Below are positions 9,284 to 18,903 of a stretch of 64,000 nt of DNA, piece by piece. Each line of letters opens with the position of its first letter. Position 1 is the first letter of the stretch. The notes below the pieces were generated by a model. The model saw nothing but the letters and a program-made list of their open reading frames with translations, was not told the origin of the DNA and ran no database searches. The translations under genes and the position numbers were made by a program. Source of the DNA: a bacterium (GTDB lineage: Bacteria > UBA6262 > WVXT01); contig DATKVN010000010.1 in the NCBI GenBank assembly GCA_035530055.1, positions 6,344 through 70,343 on the forward strand. The letters run 5' to 3'.

Positions 9284-9303
9284 AAACTGCCTCCATATAC
9301 ATC

Positions 9304-9336
9304 TTGTAGTCAATTATATACAATTTGTAGTCAATT
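9304..9336. promoter_or_regulatory. Direct repeats TTGTAGTCAATT x2, 21 bp apart, upstream of the second wHTH-MNT gene
   Basis: Seen directly at 9304-9315 and 9325-9336. The 21-bp periodicity matches the TATCAC palindromes at the first copy. Confidence 0.4.
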
Positions 9337-9344
9337 GTCAAGCA

Positions 9345-9530
9345 AGTTCTGGGGCAAGTTCTGGGGACACAATACTTTGAAGTTCTGGGGACACAATACT
9401 TAATTATTCTTCTTTGGAACTATGGCATCTGCTCCTTCGTATAACACGCAGACTGAAGTCTGCGACTACTTTTCAAACGCAGACCAAGGTCTGCTACTCC
9501 AAACGCTCCGATGAATCGGAGCTACTCCTT
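9345..9530. repeat. Repeat cluster: three AGTTCTGGGG units, a solo RAYT-family left end (9387-9407), a conserved about 50-bp linker, and three short hairpins ending in CTACTCC
   Basis: GGGGACACAATACTTAATTAT at 9387-9407. Hairpins are GCAGACTGAAGTCTGC, GCAGACCAAGGTCTGC and CCGATGAATCGG, each followed by (G)CTACTCC. The same IR-plus-linker-plus-hairpin module occurs at 12989-13075. Confidence 0.8.
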
Positions 9531-9567
9531 ATAAAGACCTGTCTGTAATTCTTCATGATTTTTTTGA

Positions 9568-9984
9568 CTACAAATGATAATCTCCAGCGGCTTCAGGCTG
9601 ATAAAGCACTTCCAGAACCTTCAACTTTCTCAATCCTGCTGGAACTTTCCATTCAATAACATCTCCGACTCGATATCCAATTAATGCGGTTCCAATTGGT
9701 GCTAGAATTGAAATTTTGTTTTGGTCAGGATTCGCATCGTCAGGAAAGACTAACCAATAAATCATTTCTTCCCGAGTATCTAAATCTTTGAGACGAACTT
9801 TGGAATTCATTGTAATTACATCTGTAGGAATTTCCTTTGATTTAACCACCTTACTTCGATTCAACTCTCCTTCTAATTTCTCTAGATATATTTCATGTTC
9901 ACTACCAAACGTTCTGGCTTCTCTTATTAATTGTTTTAATCGTTTCTTATCCAAATCAGTAATATAAATCACTTTCTCTTTCAT
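9568..9984 (-). CDS. GreA/GreB-family protein, Rnk-like (regulator of nucleoside diphosphate kinase)
   Basis: 138 aa. The C-terminus ILAPIGTALIGYRVGDVIEWKVPAG matches the GreA/B C-terminal FKBP-like domain, and the size fits Rnk. Confidence 0.7.
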   Translation of the reverse strand: MKEKVIYITDLDKKRLKQLIREARTFGSEHEIYLEKLEGELNRSKVVKSKEIPTDVITMNSKVRLKDLDTREEMIYWLVFPDDANPDQNKISILAPIGTALIGYRVGDVIEWKVPAGLRKLKVLEVLYQPEAAGDYHL

Positions 9985-9994
9985 GTTTGCTCCT

Positions 9995-10190
9995 GGGGAG
10001 ACAATACTTAATTATTCTTCTTGGGTACTGGTTTCCCCTTTTTTAATACCTTTCCGGTTATTTCCTCAAGTTCGTTGAAAAAGTTTTTCAACATCCAATA
10101 GTCCAGTCGTGTTTGCCTATTATTATATAGAAGATTTGGCAAAATTTTCAAAAGTCCAGCATCGGGTTCAATAATTAAGTATTGTGTCCC
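9995..10190. mobile_element. MITE (about 196 bp) derived from the RAYT element: terminal IRs GGGGAGACAATACTTAATTAT / ATAATTAAGTATTGTGTCCC
   Basis: The ends are inverted copies of the RAYT-element termini. The first roughly 60 bp match the RAYT 3' coding end (TCTTCTTGGGTACTGGTTTCCCC...). It is about 85% identical to the element at 13813-14005. It fills the gap between a response-regulator stop and the rnk-like start. Confidence 0.75.
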
Positions 10191-10210
10191 TGGAATTTTT
10201 CCCCGGAATT

Positions 10211-10582
10211 TTACCTTAAAACCGCCTTTATTTTCGCAATTACTTCCGATGAGTCAAAAGGTTTTATAAGAAACGTTTTGACCCCCACCGTATTCATAAG
10301 TTTAGCGTGTTCTTTTTCCACATAGAAGCCAGTCATACCAATAATAGGAATATTTGCAGTTTTGCGAAAGCGTTTCAGTTCAGAAGCAACGTGAAACCCG
10401 CTTTTCTTTCCCAACTTAAGGTCAAGCAATATGACATCCGGTTTTATCTTAGACACCATCTTTAGGGCAGATGTGCCATCGCTAAAGACCACAGTATCAT
10501 ACCCGGTCAAATTCAACAGCTCCTGAAGTTCTTCTAAGAACTCTTTATTATCGTCAATAACCATTATCTTCTTTTTTGCCAT
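10211..10582 (-). CDS. Single-domain response regulator (CheY-like receiver)
   Basis: 123 aa with D10/D11 and the phospho-acceptor region (ILLDLKL), and conserved T and K. Confidence 0.85.
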   Translation of the reverse strand: MAKKKIMVIDDNKEFLEELQELLNLTGYDTVVFSDGTSALKMVSKIKPDVILLDLKLGKKSGFHVASELKRFRKTANIPIIGMTGFYVEKEHAKLMNTVGVKTFLIKPFDSSEVIAKIKAVLR

Positions 10583-10647
10583 TTTTATCTCTTTACTTTT
10601 TAACTTTTTTCAAATTTCTGTTCCACAATCTGAAATAGCTGTTGCTA

Positions 10648-11046
10648 TTAAGCAGGGGCCTTACCTGATAGTTCTTTAATCTTGTTAAGCAATACTTCTA
10701 TATCGAAGGGTTTAATAATAATCCCATCAGCCAGCCTTAAAATGTTTTCCTCTTTATCTCCATAGATTCGCTCTCCCTGCAAGTTCTTGCTTAAAGGTCT
10801 TCCAGTTAAAATAATAACTTTAAGCTTCTTATTTTGTCCTTTTATGCTCTCTAAAATATCAAGTCCACTTAAACCGGGCATCTTGACATCCAGAATGAGA
10901 ATATCGTAATCATATTTTTCAACGAGCCTTTTCCCTCTTAAGCCATCAAATGCCGTAGTTACACGGTAGCCCTCATCTATCAGGATTTCTGCTATTTCTT
11001 CACACAGTTCTTCATCATCATCAAGCATAAGGATTTTCTTTTTCAT
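10648..11046 (-). CDS. Single-domain response regulator (CheY-like receiver)
   Basis: 132 aa (MLDDDEEL...ILILDVKMPGLSG). It overlaps the upstream kinase gene by 4 bp (ATGA). Confidence 0.85.
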   Translation of the reverse strand: MKKKILMLDDDEELCEEIAEILIDEGYRVTTAFDGLRGKRLVEKYDYDILILDVKMPGLSGLDILESIKGQNKKLKVIILTGRPLSKNLQGERIYGDKEENILRLADGIIIKPFDIEVLLNKIKELSGKAPA

Positions 11047-12965
11047 TTTGTTTCTCTTTCGATTGGCAGACTTACGGTTATACTTGTTCCTTTGCCTTTT
11101 TTACTCTTAATGTCTATTCTTCCACTGTGAAGATTGACTAATTCATTACAAATTGTAAGCCCCAGTCCTGTCCCCTTTGATTTCCTGGTAAAGAAAGGTT
11201 CAAATACTCTTTCCAAATCTTCTTTACCTATTCCCATTCCGTTATCCTTGAAGCTTATCTCAATGGAGCCCTTTCCATCATCCCTCGCCGATATTTCTAT
11301 TTTTCCCTTTTTGTTCGAGACAGATTGGTATGCATTAGTTAAAATATTATTGAATATCTCTCTAATCTGCAAAGGGTCTGCCTCAATAAGCTTCTTTTTT
11401 CTCGATTTAAATTTTTTGACTATAGAAACATTCTGCTTATGAAATCTTCTCTTCGTAAAAGTAATACATTCATTTAGAATATCGTAAATCTGTATCTTTT
11501 CATAACTGGGTATTTTTATCCGTGAATAATTTAAAAGATTATTTATAATCTGGCCGCTTTCCAATACCTTCTTTTCTATATTGTCAAGATGTTTATCTAG
11601 TAAGGAATTTTCTCTCTTTTTCCTTATATTATATGCGGCTATCTTGATAACTCCTAATGGATTACGCAGCTCGTGGGCGACAGTTGCGGCAAGAATGCCG
11701 AGGTCGGAGAGGCGCTTTGCCTTATCTAATTCCGCTTGCGTTTTAAATAATTCGTGAGTTTTTTCGCTTATAAGCTTCTCAAAGGTCTCTTTGTCTCTTT
11801 TTAAAACTTCCTCTGCGTGTTTGCGTTCGGTTATGTCCCGGACAACTCCGAGCATACGGATTGCCTTATTGTTTTTGTCACGGATGACATTGCCCGTTTC
11901 TGAAACCCAACGGACTGTGCTGCCATCAGGCCAAACAATACGATGCTCGATATCATAGTCCCTGCCCTTTTCTATGCAGGCATTTACTGAGTCGACAACG
12001 TGCTGTCGGTCCTCAGGATGAACACATTCAAGAAATGCCTCATAAGTTCCACCGAATTCTCCCCGACCAAACCCAAACATAGGCTCTATTGTATCAGACC
12101 ACTCCAGATTACCGGTTCGAATATCCCAATCCCAGCTACCGATATTTGCAGCCCGCTGGGCAAGCGCATAACGCTCTTCACTGAGCTTTAACGCGTCTTC
12201 CGCCCGCTTGCGCCTGGAAATGTCTATCACGCCGGCAATCGCTCCGGAATAATTTCCCTTACCATCAAAAACTGGCGCTGTTTCCAGAGTGGCATAGAGA
12301 CGTATTCCATCTTTTCTCAGGAACTCAAAATCGTGTTGTTCTTCGACACCCTCTTTACGTCGATTCAGAAAGTTTTGAGCAATCTCTACACCACGTTTAT
12401 CCATAAATGAAAATAGATGTTTTCCTATCATTTCATCTGTTGTGTATCCTAACATCTCAGTCATACGAGGATTAACAAACGTGGTATAAGAATCTTTATC
12501 GATAACCCAAATCCCTTCCTGTAAATTTTCAATGAGATGGCGATATTTCTCTTCGCTATACCTCAACGACTCCTCGGATTTTTTGCGCTGGGTGATGTCT
12601 GTCCTTAATTTTTCATTTACCCTCAAAAGCTCTGCCGTTTGTCCGTTAATCTTGATTTCCAGCTCTTCGTGATATCGTTGCAATAACTTCTCCTTCTTCT
12701 TGTTCTCAGCAATGTTACGGATAACTACTGATACCGTGAACAGCCCAACAATAATGATTATGACCATTTCCACTATTGACTCATGCCAGTTAAAGGGAGT
12801 TCTTATCCCTCCCGTTAGAAGGTAAGGTAAATCCAGGATTTCATCTAGCCACGTTAAGATACAAAGCATAACAAACCCGAGGGCGACAAGTAGCCACATT
12901 CTCTTGTTCACAATCGATACTTTTGGTCTGCTGCGATTCTCTTTGATTATTTCTTTCTGTTCCAT
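11043..12965 (-). CDS. Multi-PAS sensor histidine kinase
   Basis: 640 aa with an N-terminal TM region, two or three PAS/PAC segments, the H-box HELRNPLGVIK, and the N/G1/G2 boxes (NAYQSV, DNGMGIG, GTGLGLTIC). Confidence 0.9.
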   Translation of the reverse strand: MEQKEIIKENRSRPKVSIVNKRMWLLVALGFVMLCILTWLDEILDLPYLLTGGIRTPFNWHESIVEMVIIIIVGLFTVSVVIRNIAENKKKEKLLQRYHEELEIKINGQTAELLRVNEKLRTDITQRKKSEESLRYSEEKYRHLIENLQEGIWVIDKDSYTTFVNPRMTEMLGYTTDEMIGKHLFSFMDKRGVEIAQNFLNRRKEGVEEQHDFEFLRKDGIRLYATLETAPVFDGKGNYSGAIAGVIDISRRKRAEDALKLSEERYALAQRAANIGSWDWDIRTGNLEWSDTIEPMFGFGRGEFGGTYEAFLECVHPEDRQHVVDSVNACIEKGRDYDIEHRIVWPDGSTVRWVSETGNVIRDKNNKAIRMLGVVRDITERKHAEEVLKRDKETFEKLISEKTHELFKTQAELDKAKRLSDLGILAATVAHELRNPLGVIKIAAYNIRKKRENSLLDKHLDNIEKKVLESGQIINNLLNYSRIKIPSYEKIQIYDILNECITFTKRRFHKQNVSIVKKFKSRKKKLIEADPLQIREIFNNILTNAYQSVSNKKGKIEISARDDGKGSIEISFKDNGMGIGKEDLERVFEPFFTRKSKGTGLGLTICNELVNLHSGRIDIKSKKGKGTSITVSLPIERETK

Positions 12966-12988
12966 TTTAACCTCGAATTCTCAATTCT

Positions 12989-13075
12989 GGGGACACAATA
13001 CTTAATTATTCTTCAGAATTATGACATCCGCTCTTTCGTATAACACGCAGACTGAAGTCTGCTACTCCTTCCTTT
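12989..13075. repeat. Solo RAYT-family end (12989-13009), conserved linker and GCAGACTGAAGTCTGCTACTCC hairpin
   Basis: Near-identical to the 9387-9470 module. Confidence 0.8.
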
Positions 13076-13163
13076 CCAGAAGCCTCTCCCAGCTTTACCC
13101 AACACCAGCCGTGGGGTAGTTTGTAAGGCACTCTCATATCTTCCTTTTCAGTGCTTTTTTGTC

Positions 13164-13511
13164 TCATTTTTCCAAATCCTCAAATACCTTTTGGATAAGG
13201 GGTTTAATCATAGAGACATCTTTCTTAACAACCTCCCAGAGAATTTCCAGGTCAACTCCAAAATACTCATGAACCAGCCTGTCCCTCATTCCCGCCATCT
13301 TTTTCCAAGGAACTTCAGGATATTTTTCTCTAATTCTTTTTGGGATATTTTTTGTTGCTTCTCCAATTATCTCAATGGCGCGTACCACTGCATAAATCGT
13401 TTTCTTATCTTTTTTAAATTTATTGAAATTCATACCTTCAGTAAATTTTTCAATGTCATTTATAGAATCAAGAATGTCCTGAATGTAATCTCCATACTCT
13501 CGCTTTTTCAT
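13164..13511 (-). CDS. hepT: HepT-like HEPN toxin (DUF86), type VII toxin-antitoxin
   Basis: 115 aa with the canonical R-x4-H-x-Y motif (RDRLVHEY). It overlaps the mntA stop by 4 bp. Confidence 0.85.
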   Translation of the reverse strand: MKKREYGDYIQDILDSINDIEKFTEGMNFNKFKKDKKTIYAVVRAIEIIGEATKNIPKRIREKYPEVPWKKMAGMRDRLVHEYFGVDLEILWEVVKKDVSMIKPLIQKVFEDLEK

Positions 13512-13804
13512 ATATAGACGACCTCCTGTAAGATATGTCTACCGATTCTTGGTTTTAATGCCTTTTTGGAGACAAGATCAACCTTTGCTCCCAATATTTT
13601 CATTAAGTACTCTTCTAGATCCATAAATTCAAAAAGACCTATGGGTTTCTCAAACTCTACAAGAATGTCTATGTCACTCTTTTTTTTCTGTTCATCTCTT
13701 ACAAATGAGCCAAAAATCCCTATCTCTTTCAATTTAAATCTTTTTTTCAGTTCTTGCTTGTGCTTCCTAAGTATATTTTCAATCTTTCTGCGGGTCATGG
13801 CCAT
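13508..13804 (-). CDS. mntA: MntA-like minimal nucleotidyltransferase antitoxin
   Basis: [22 protein letters not shown] matches the GS..DxD NTase motif. The listed start at 13822 lies inside the MITE, so the start is more likely Met7 or Met9 (MAMTRRK) near 13804. Confidence 0.8.
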   Translation of the reverse strand: MAMTRRKIENILRKHKQELKKRFKLKEIGIFGSFVRDEQKKKSDIDILVEFEKPIGLFEFMDLEEYLMKILGAKVDLVSKKALKPRIGRHILQEVVYI

Positions 13805-13812
13805 ATAATTCT

Positions 13813-14005
13813 GGGGACACAATACTTAATTGTCTTACTCGCTCCCCTTTTCCCTTTTTAATATTCTTCCCACTATTTCCTCAAGTTTGTTGAAAAAATT
13901 TCTCAACATCCAATAGTCCAGGCGTGCTTGCCTATTGTTATATGGAAGATTTGGCAAAATTTTCAAAAGTCCAGCATCGGGTTCAATAATTAAGTATTGT
14001 GTCCC
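13813..14005. mobile_element. MITE (about 193 bp), second copy; IRs GGGGACACAATACTTAATTGT / ATAATTAAGTATTGTGTCCC
   Basis: Same structure as the 9995-10190 element. Its right IR provides the last codons (GHNT) and the TAA stop of the adjacent B12-radical SAM gene. Its left IR abuts the mntA start. Confidence 0.75.
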
Positions 14006-15279
14006 TGGGCCTTTCCCCGGGACTTTTTGGTATGATAACGACTCCCTAAATTTAATGAACTGTATAGTATTGGGTGACGCTTATTAGCCCAGAATCTTTT
14101 TATTATTGAAGGAAAAGAATCAAATTTATGTCTCGCCCAATGAAAACCTCCCAAAAGTTGGTCAGCAGTCATTCTTAAAGGTTCAAAAACAAGTTTAACA
14201 TTATCATATTTACTCCAATCGTAGCTAAATATTCTACCTTCCTTTTGTAAATCATTAAAGATTTTTGTCCCTGGGTAGGGCGTAAGTAAAACTAATTGTG
14301 CGAAAGCCACTCTAGATTCAATAAGAAACTCAACTGTCTCTTCAAAAATAGATTGATCATCACCATCAAAACCAAAAATTAAACTTACATAAATTAAAAT
14401 ACCTACATCCAGAAACATTTTTATAGCTTCTTTGATCTCTTCTTTACTCTTTAGATTTTTGTGATAACGATTTATTTCTTTAGTAGATACAGATTCTAGA
14501 CCAATAAAGAAACTACAGCAACCAGACTCAGAAGCTAATTTTAATAACTCCCTGTCTTTTACAATATTTATAGCTGATTGCCCTACCCATTTTTTATCCA
14601 TATATTTTAATTCTTTGAAAAGTTCCCTTGCATATTGTTTATTTCCTGTAATGTTGTCGTCTAAAAACATAAGATTTTTCCCTTTAATGGTGGAAATATC
14701 TTTAATTACTTCTTTTATTGGTTTATGCCGAGGACGTGGGCCAAAAAATTTTGTTACTGAACAAAAATCACAATTATAAGGACATCCACGAGTTGTCTCT
14801 ACTGGAACGAGGTTAATAACCCCTGCTTTTCTTTTAACTAAATCTCTTCTGGGTATTACGGAATTATTTAAAAGAGGAAATTCGCTTTTATAAAATTTTT
14901 TTAGCTTATTTTCCTGTACATCTTTTATAACACTATCCCAGATATTTTCTGCTTCTCCAATTACAACAGAATCAGTATATTTTATGGATTCATCCGGTAA
15001 AGTTGTGGGATGAATACCTCCAAGAATGGTCTTTATACCCCTTTCCCTGAACATTATTGATATTTCATAAGCTCTGGGAGCGGTTGCCGTCATGGTTGTT
15101 ATGCCCACCAAATCATATTTCTTGTCAAAATTAATTTTATCCCACGGTTCCTCTACTATTTCAATTTCATGTTCTGGAGGAGTTAATCCCGCCAGTACTG
15201 GCAAAGATAATTGAGGTATATGCAAATTTTTGTGACGATGTTCATCTTTAGGACATGGTGAAATAAATAATATTTTCAT
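13990..15279 (-). CDS. B12-binding domain radical SAM protein
   Basis: 429 aa with an N-terminal cobalamin-binding Rossmann segment (DLVGITTMTATA) and the radical SAM CxxxCxxC motif (CPYNCDFC). Confidence 0.85.
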   Translation of the reverse strand: MKILFISPCPKDEHRHKNLHIPQLSLPVLAGLTPPEHEIEIVEEPWDKINFDKKYDLVGITTMTATAPRAYEISIMFRERGIKTILGGIHPTTLPDESIKYTDSVVIGEAENIWDSVIKDVQENKLKKFYKSEFPLLNNSVIPRRDLVKRKAGVINLVPVETTRGCPYNCDFCSVTKFFGPRPRHKPIKEVIKDISTIKGKNLMFLDDNITGNKQYARELFKELKYMDKKWVGQSAINIVKDRELLKLASESGCCSFFIGLESVSTKEINRYHKNLKSKEEIKEAIKMFLDVGILIYVSLIFGFDGDDQSIFEETVEFLIESRVAFAQLVLLTPYPGTKIFNDLQKEGRIFSYDWSKYDNVKLVFEPLRMTADQLLGGFHWARHKFDSFPSIIKRFWANKRHPILYSSLNLGSRYHTKKSRGKAQGHNT

Positions 15280-15296
15280 TATAAACTCCTAATTAC

Positions 15297-15367
15297 GGGG
15301 ACACAATACTTAATTATGACGCAGGCTGAAGCCTGCGGCTACCGTTTCAAACGCAGACTGAAGTCTG
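15297..15367. repeat. Solo RAYT-family end (15297-15317) followed by GCAGGCTGAAGCCTGC and GCAGACTGAAGTCTGC hairpins
   Basis: Direct sequence match to the other family members. Confidence 0.8.
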
Positions 15368-17035
15368 CTATTCCTTCAGCGCTTTGGCGTTTTTTTCATA
15401 AAATGTAGAAGGCTCATAAACCTGACCGTTAGCAAGTTTTTTTGCCTCTCTTTTCATAGCAAAGTATAGCCCTCTGCCCAATAGTGAAGCCATTATCCTG
15501 GTTTTCCAACCGAACTCCTTGTATAAATCTTGAAGAAGTGAGATGATTTTCTTCGACATAAGTTCGTCTTTCCTGTACCATTTTTTTATCGCCCAAACTG
15601 CTCCCGTATAATAATCGATGGATTTTTTAATCTCCCATTCAAAACGATTACGAATACGTGGATCCGGATGGTTTTTGTATCTTTTCCATCCTATTAGCAT
15701 GGTTCGAATCATTCGGGCAATGCTGGGACCGTTTATCTCGAAGTCCTGACGAAAGGCTCTGAGAAGAAACTCGGTTTCCTGACCATTGTAAATGTGCTTA
15801 TGGCGATAATTAAAGCGGTATTGACCGTGTCTATCTGCGGTGGGACATTCTTCTTCAGACAAAAGACTTCCTTCCTTCAGGAGCTGTTCATGAAGAGGCG
15901 TGCCAGGAGCCGGGATGTACAGCATAAACTGGTGGAAGTCCGTATCATGACTAACTGCCCAATCTATAATTTGATCAATGTTTTCCGTAGTATGGTTTTC
16001 TAAACCGATAATAGTTGACCCCATAACGCGAATGCCATGTGATTGCATATCTTGTACAAACGAGTGGGTATCTATCCCTTTAAGCTTTGCATACTGACTG
16101 TTCTCACCTTCCAGTCCTATCCATACCCAGGAAATTCCCAAACCCACCAGCTGTTTGACTGTATAAAATTTCAGAGCCTTGACAGAACTGAAAACGAACA
16201 AAGACCAACTCTTATTGTGCTGTTCCATTAATTCTAACAACCTTAATGCTCTTTTATGATGTAGAAGAAAGTTTTCATCAAGGATGAAGAAAGACCGACT
16301 CTTGAGCTCTTTTTCAATCTGACACATAATGGAAAAAAGAGAATCTCCAGTTTCATAAAAGTTTATGAATTTCCCCTTACCACCAAATAGGGCAGAAGTG
16401 GAACAAAAATTACAGCCCACCGGGCATCCTACTGATGGTATTAAAATTGCAGCGGTATTTCTTTTTGAAAGAGTTATACCAAAAATACGGCCGCCAAATG
16501 CAGAAAGAACTATTGGATGTCTTACTGAAACGTTTTCATCCTGTCCCAGGAACCTTCGAAACCAGCTGACACCTTCTCCTTTGACAATATAATCCGCATC
16601 AATGATATTATGAATATTGGGTATACTGGCAATATGCCCGCCCACAACAATCGTTGCCTTAGGTAAGTATTTGCGTATCACCTCACACATCTTTTTTGCC
16701 TTCCCGATATTGGGAATAATTGAACTAATTCCAACAATATCATAAGAATGGCTTTGGATTTCATTGGTAAAACGGTCGAGGGTAGGAAAATCTAAAAGCG
16801 TACATGGCGCATCAATGTTTGCCTGAAGCAGCATCAATCCAAATGAACGATGGAACAGGCGAAGAGAAAAAGGACCTTGCTCCCGAGTAACCTGGTTATG
16901 ATAAAGTTCCATCGGGTTAATCTTTCGGCTTCCATATTCATCGTCTTGTGCGTAGGGGCCAAATACGCTGGATAATAAAACTTTAGCTTGAGACTTAAGT
17001 GGATGTACAGGATTACTTGTGTTCATAATATTCAT
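15368..17035 (-). CDS. B12-binding domain radical SAM protein (second, longer paralogous type)
   Basis: 555 aa with a B12-binding segment (DIVGISSIIPNIGKAK...VVGGHIASIP) and CPVGCNFC. Confidence 0.85.
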   Translation of the reverse strand: MNIMNTSNPVHPLKSQAKVLLSSVFGPYAQDDEYGSRKINPMELYHNQVTREQGPFSLRLFHRSFGLMLLQANIDAPCTLLDFPTLDRFTNEIQSHSYDIVGISSIIPNIGKAKKMCEVIRKYLPKATIVVGGHIASIPNIHNIIDADYIVKGEGVSWFRRFLGQDENVSVRHPIVLSAFGGRIFGITLSKRNTAAILIPSVGCPVGCNFCSTSALFGGKGKFINFYETGDSLFSIMCQIEKELKSRSFFILDENFLLHHKRALRLLELMEQHNKSWSLFVFSSVKALKFYTVKQLVGLGISWVWIGLEGENSQYAKLKGIDTHSFVQDMQSHGIRVMGSTIIGLENHTTENIDQIIDWAVSHDTDFHQFMLYIPAPGTPLHEQLLKEGSLLSEEECPTADRHGQYRFNYRHKHIYNGQETEFLLRAFRQDFEINGPSIARMIRTMLIGWKRYKNHPDPRIRNRFEWEIKKSIDYYTGAVWAIKKWYRKDELMSKKIISLLQDLYKEFGWKTRIMASLLGRGLYFAMKREAKKLANGQVYEPSTFYEKNAKALKE

Positions 17036-17172
17036 CTTTTCCTCCAGTTATATTAGCAATAATAAAAATAAATTTTATTTACAATTTTTGCGAGATTGAG
17101 GATGCAAAGTGTTTGGCCCCGAAGGTTCAGGACGCCAAACACAAAAAGCCGACCGGTCTCCTGCAACCCGGA

Positions 17173-18903
17173 TTAATACGAATACGCATCTAAAACATAC
17201 TGCTGCACCATTCGATGGGTATTGAAAAAAGAAGCATTGATGGCAATTGAGTGCCGCATAATATCAACCCAGTTATCACGGTTGTTATAAAATAGAGGAA
17301 TGATTACTTTTTGTAACTTTTCATAGAGAGAATGAGCATTCCTTTCATCAACACTCTCTATATCCGAAGCTGAACCGATTGACCATCCAGTAAGACCTTC
17401 AATACATCCTTCAATCCACCATCCATCTAAAATGCTCAAACTGGGAATACCGTTGTGCGCTGCTTTCATACCAGATGTTCCTGAAGCTTCTCGGGGTTTT
17501 CGAGGAGTATTAAGCCATAAATCAACTCCGGAAATAAGCATCTTACCCAGTTCCATATCATAATTTTCAAGATAAACTATTTTAATACTGTCTTTTAGTT
17601 CTTTCGACACAGAAACAATTCTTTTTATCAGTTCTTTTCCAGGCCAATCTCTGGGGTGCGCCCTACCAGCAAAAATCAGTTGAATCTTACCAACGCTTTG
17701 AGAAATATTGACTAACCTGTTCGTATCAAAGAAAACTAAATCCGCCCTTTTATATGCAGTAGCCCTTCGTGCAAACCCAATCGTAAGTGTGTCATAATCC
17801 ATGCCTGCATTCATTTTCTCATTAACATAGTCTAAAAGTTTCTTTTTTGCCTCCTGATGAGCATTCCATATTTCCTCTTTGGGAATACTTAAGGCATACC
17901 GAAGACTGAAAGGGTCATTCATCCAACCGTGAATATACTTATCGTATAACCTTTTAAGACTTTCACAGACCCATGTGTTTGTATGTGTCCCATTAGTGAT
18001 AGAATCAATATGGTAACCGGGAAACATCTCCCGGGAAACTTTACCATGTTCCTTAGCAACACCATTTACATAATGGCTCAAATTCAATGCAAGAAGCGTC
18101 ATATTTAACCTGTCTTCCCCTCCGATATTTTTTAAAAAATCGACGGGCATAGATTCGCCCAGAACTTGCCTGACCAAGTCGTAAGAAAATTGGTCGTGCC
18201 CTGCAGGAACAGGTGTATGTGTGGTAAACACACACATTCTTTTTACCCTATCAATATCCCATATTGGTTCATGATTTCTTTTTCTTTCATTTAAGAGTTC
18301 AAGGGTCAATAAGCTTGCGTGTCCTTCATTCATATGATACCGACTAATTCGATGGTATCCTAATTCTTTAAGTATCCTTACTCCGCCAATACCCAGGATA
18401 ATTTCCTGGGCGAGCCTATACTTTTCATCTCCACCGTATAGATAATCAGTAAGACTCCGGTCATAATCACTATTCTGGTCAATATCCGTATCTAAGAAGA
18501 TGACAGGCACACAATATCCAGTGACACCAGTTGCCCTGTACTGCCATGCCTGGATAAAAACGGGTCTATTTTCTATGGTAACACTTACTTTTTTGGGTAA
18601 GAGTGTCAATAAATCTTTGGGATTCCATTCACATGGTAACTCCTGTTGCTGACCCTGGTCATCCAGCTTTTGATAAAAGTATCCTTTTCTATACAATAGG
18701 GTAATTGCAACCAGAGGAACGCTTAAATCAGCACACGATTTGATTGTATCCCCAGCTAAAATTCCCAAGCCACCGCTATAGGTAGGAATTTTAGAATCAA
18801 TGCCTATCTCCATAGAAAAATAAGCAATTCTTTTCCCTTGCTTTCGTATTTTGGGAACAGATGCCTTTCCCGGGTTAAAATATGTTTTTTCTAAGGGATC
18901 CAT
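17173..18903 (-). CDS. glgP: Alpha-glucan (glycogen/maltodextrin) phosphorylase, short GT35 type
   Basis: 576 aa with AYFSMEIG near the N-terminus and the PLP-lysine motif [14 protein letters not shown]. Confidence 0.85.
   Translation of the reverse strand: MDPLEKTYFNPGKASVPKIRKQGKRIAYFSMEIGIDSKIPTYSGGLGILAGDTIKSCADLSVPLVAITLLYRKGYFYQKLDDQGQQQELPCEWNPKDLLTLLPKKVSVTIENRPVFIQAWQYRATGVTGYCVPVIFLDTDIDQNSDYDRSLTDYLYGGDEKYRLAQEIILGIGGVRILKELGYHRISRYHMNEGHASLLTLELLNERKRNHEPIWDIDRVKRMCVFTTHTPVPAGHDQFSYDLVRQVLGESMPVDFLKNIGGEDRLNMTLLALNLSHYVNGVAKEHGKVSREMFPGYHIDSITNGTHTNTWVCESLKRLYDKYIHGWMNDPFSLRYALSIPKEEIWNAHQEAKKKLLDYVNEKMNAGMDYDTLTIGFARRATAYKRADLVFFDTNRLVNISQSVGKIQLIFAGRAHPRDWPGKELIKRIVSVSKELKDSIKIVYLENYDMELGKMLISGVDLWLNTPRKPREASGTSGMKAAHNGIPSLSILDGWWIEGCIEGLTGWSIGSASDIESVDERNAHSLYEKLQKVIIPLFYNNRDNWVDIMRHSIAINASFFNTHRMVQQYVLDAYSY

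Noticed and set aside
18053-18235. 60-aa minus-strand ORF inside glgP in another frame
   Set aside because: It is embedded in a well-supported CDS, Cys/Arg-rich by chance, and has no independent signals.
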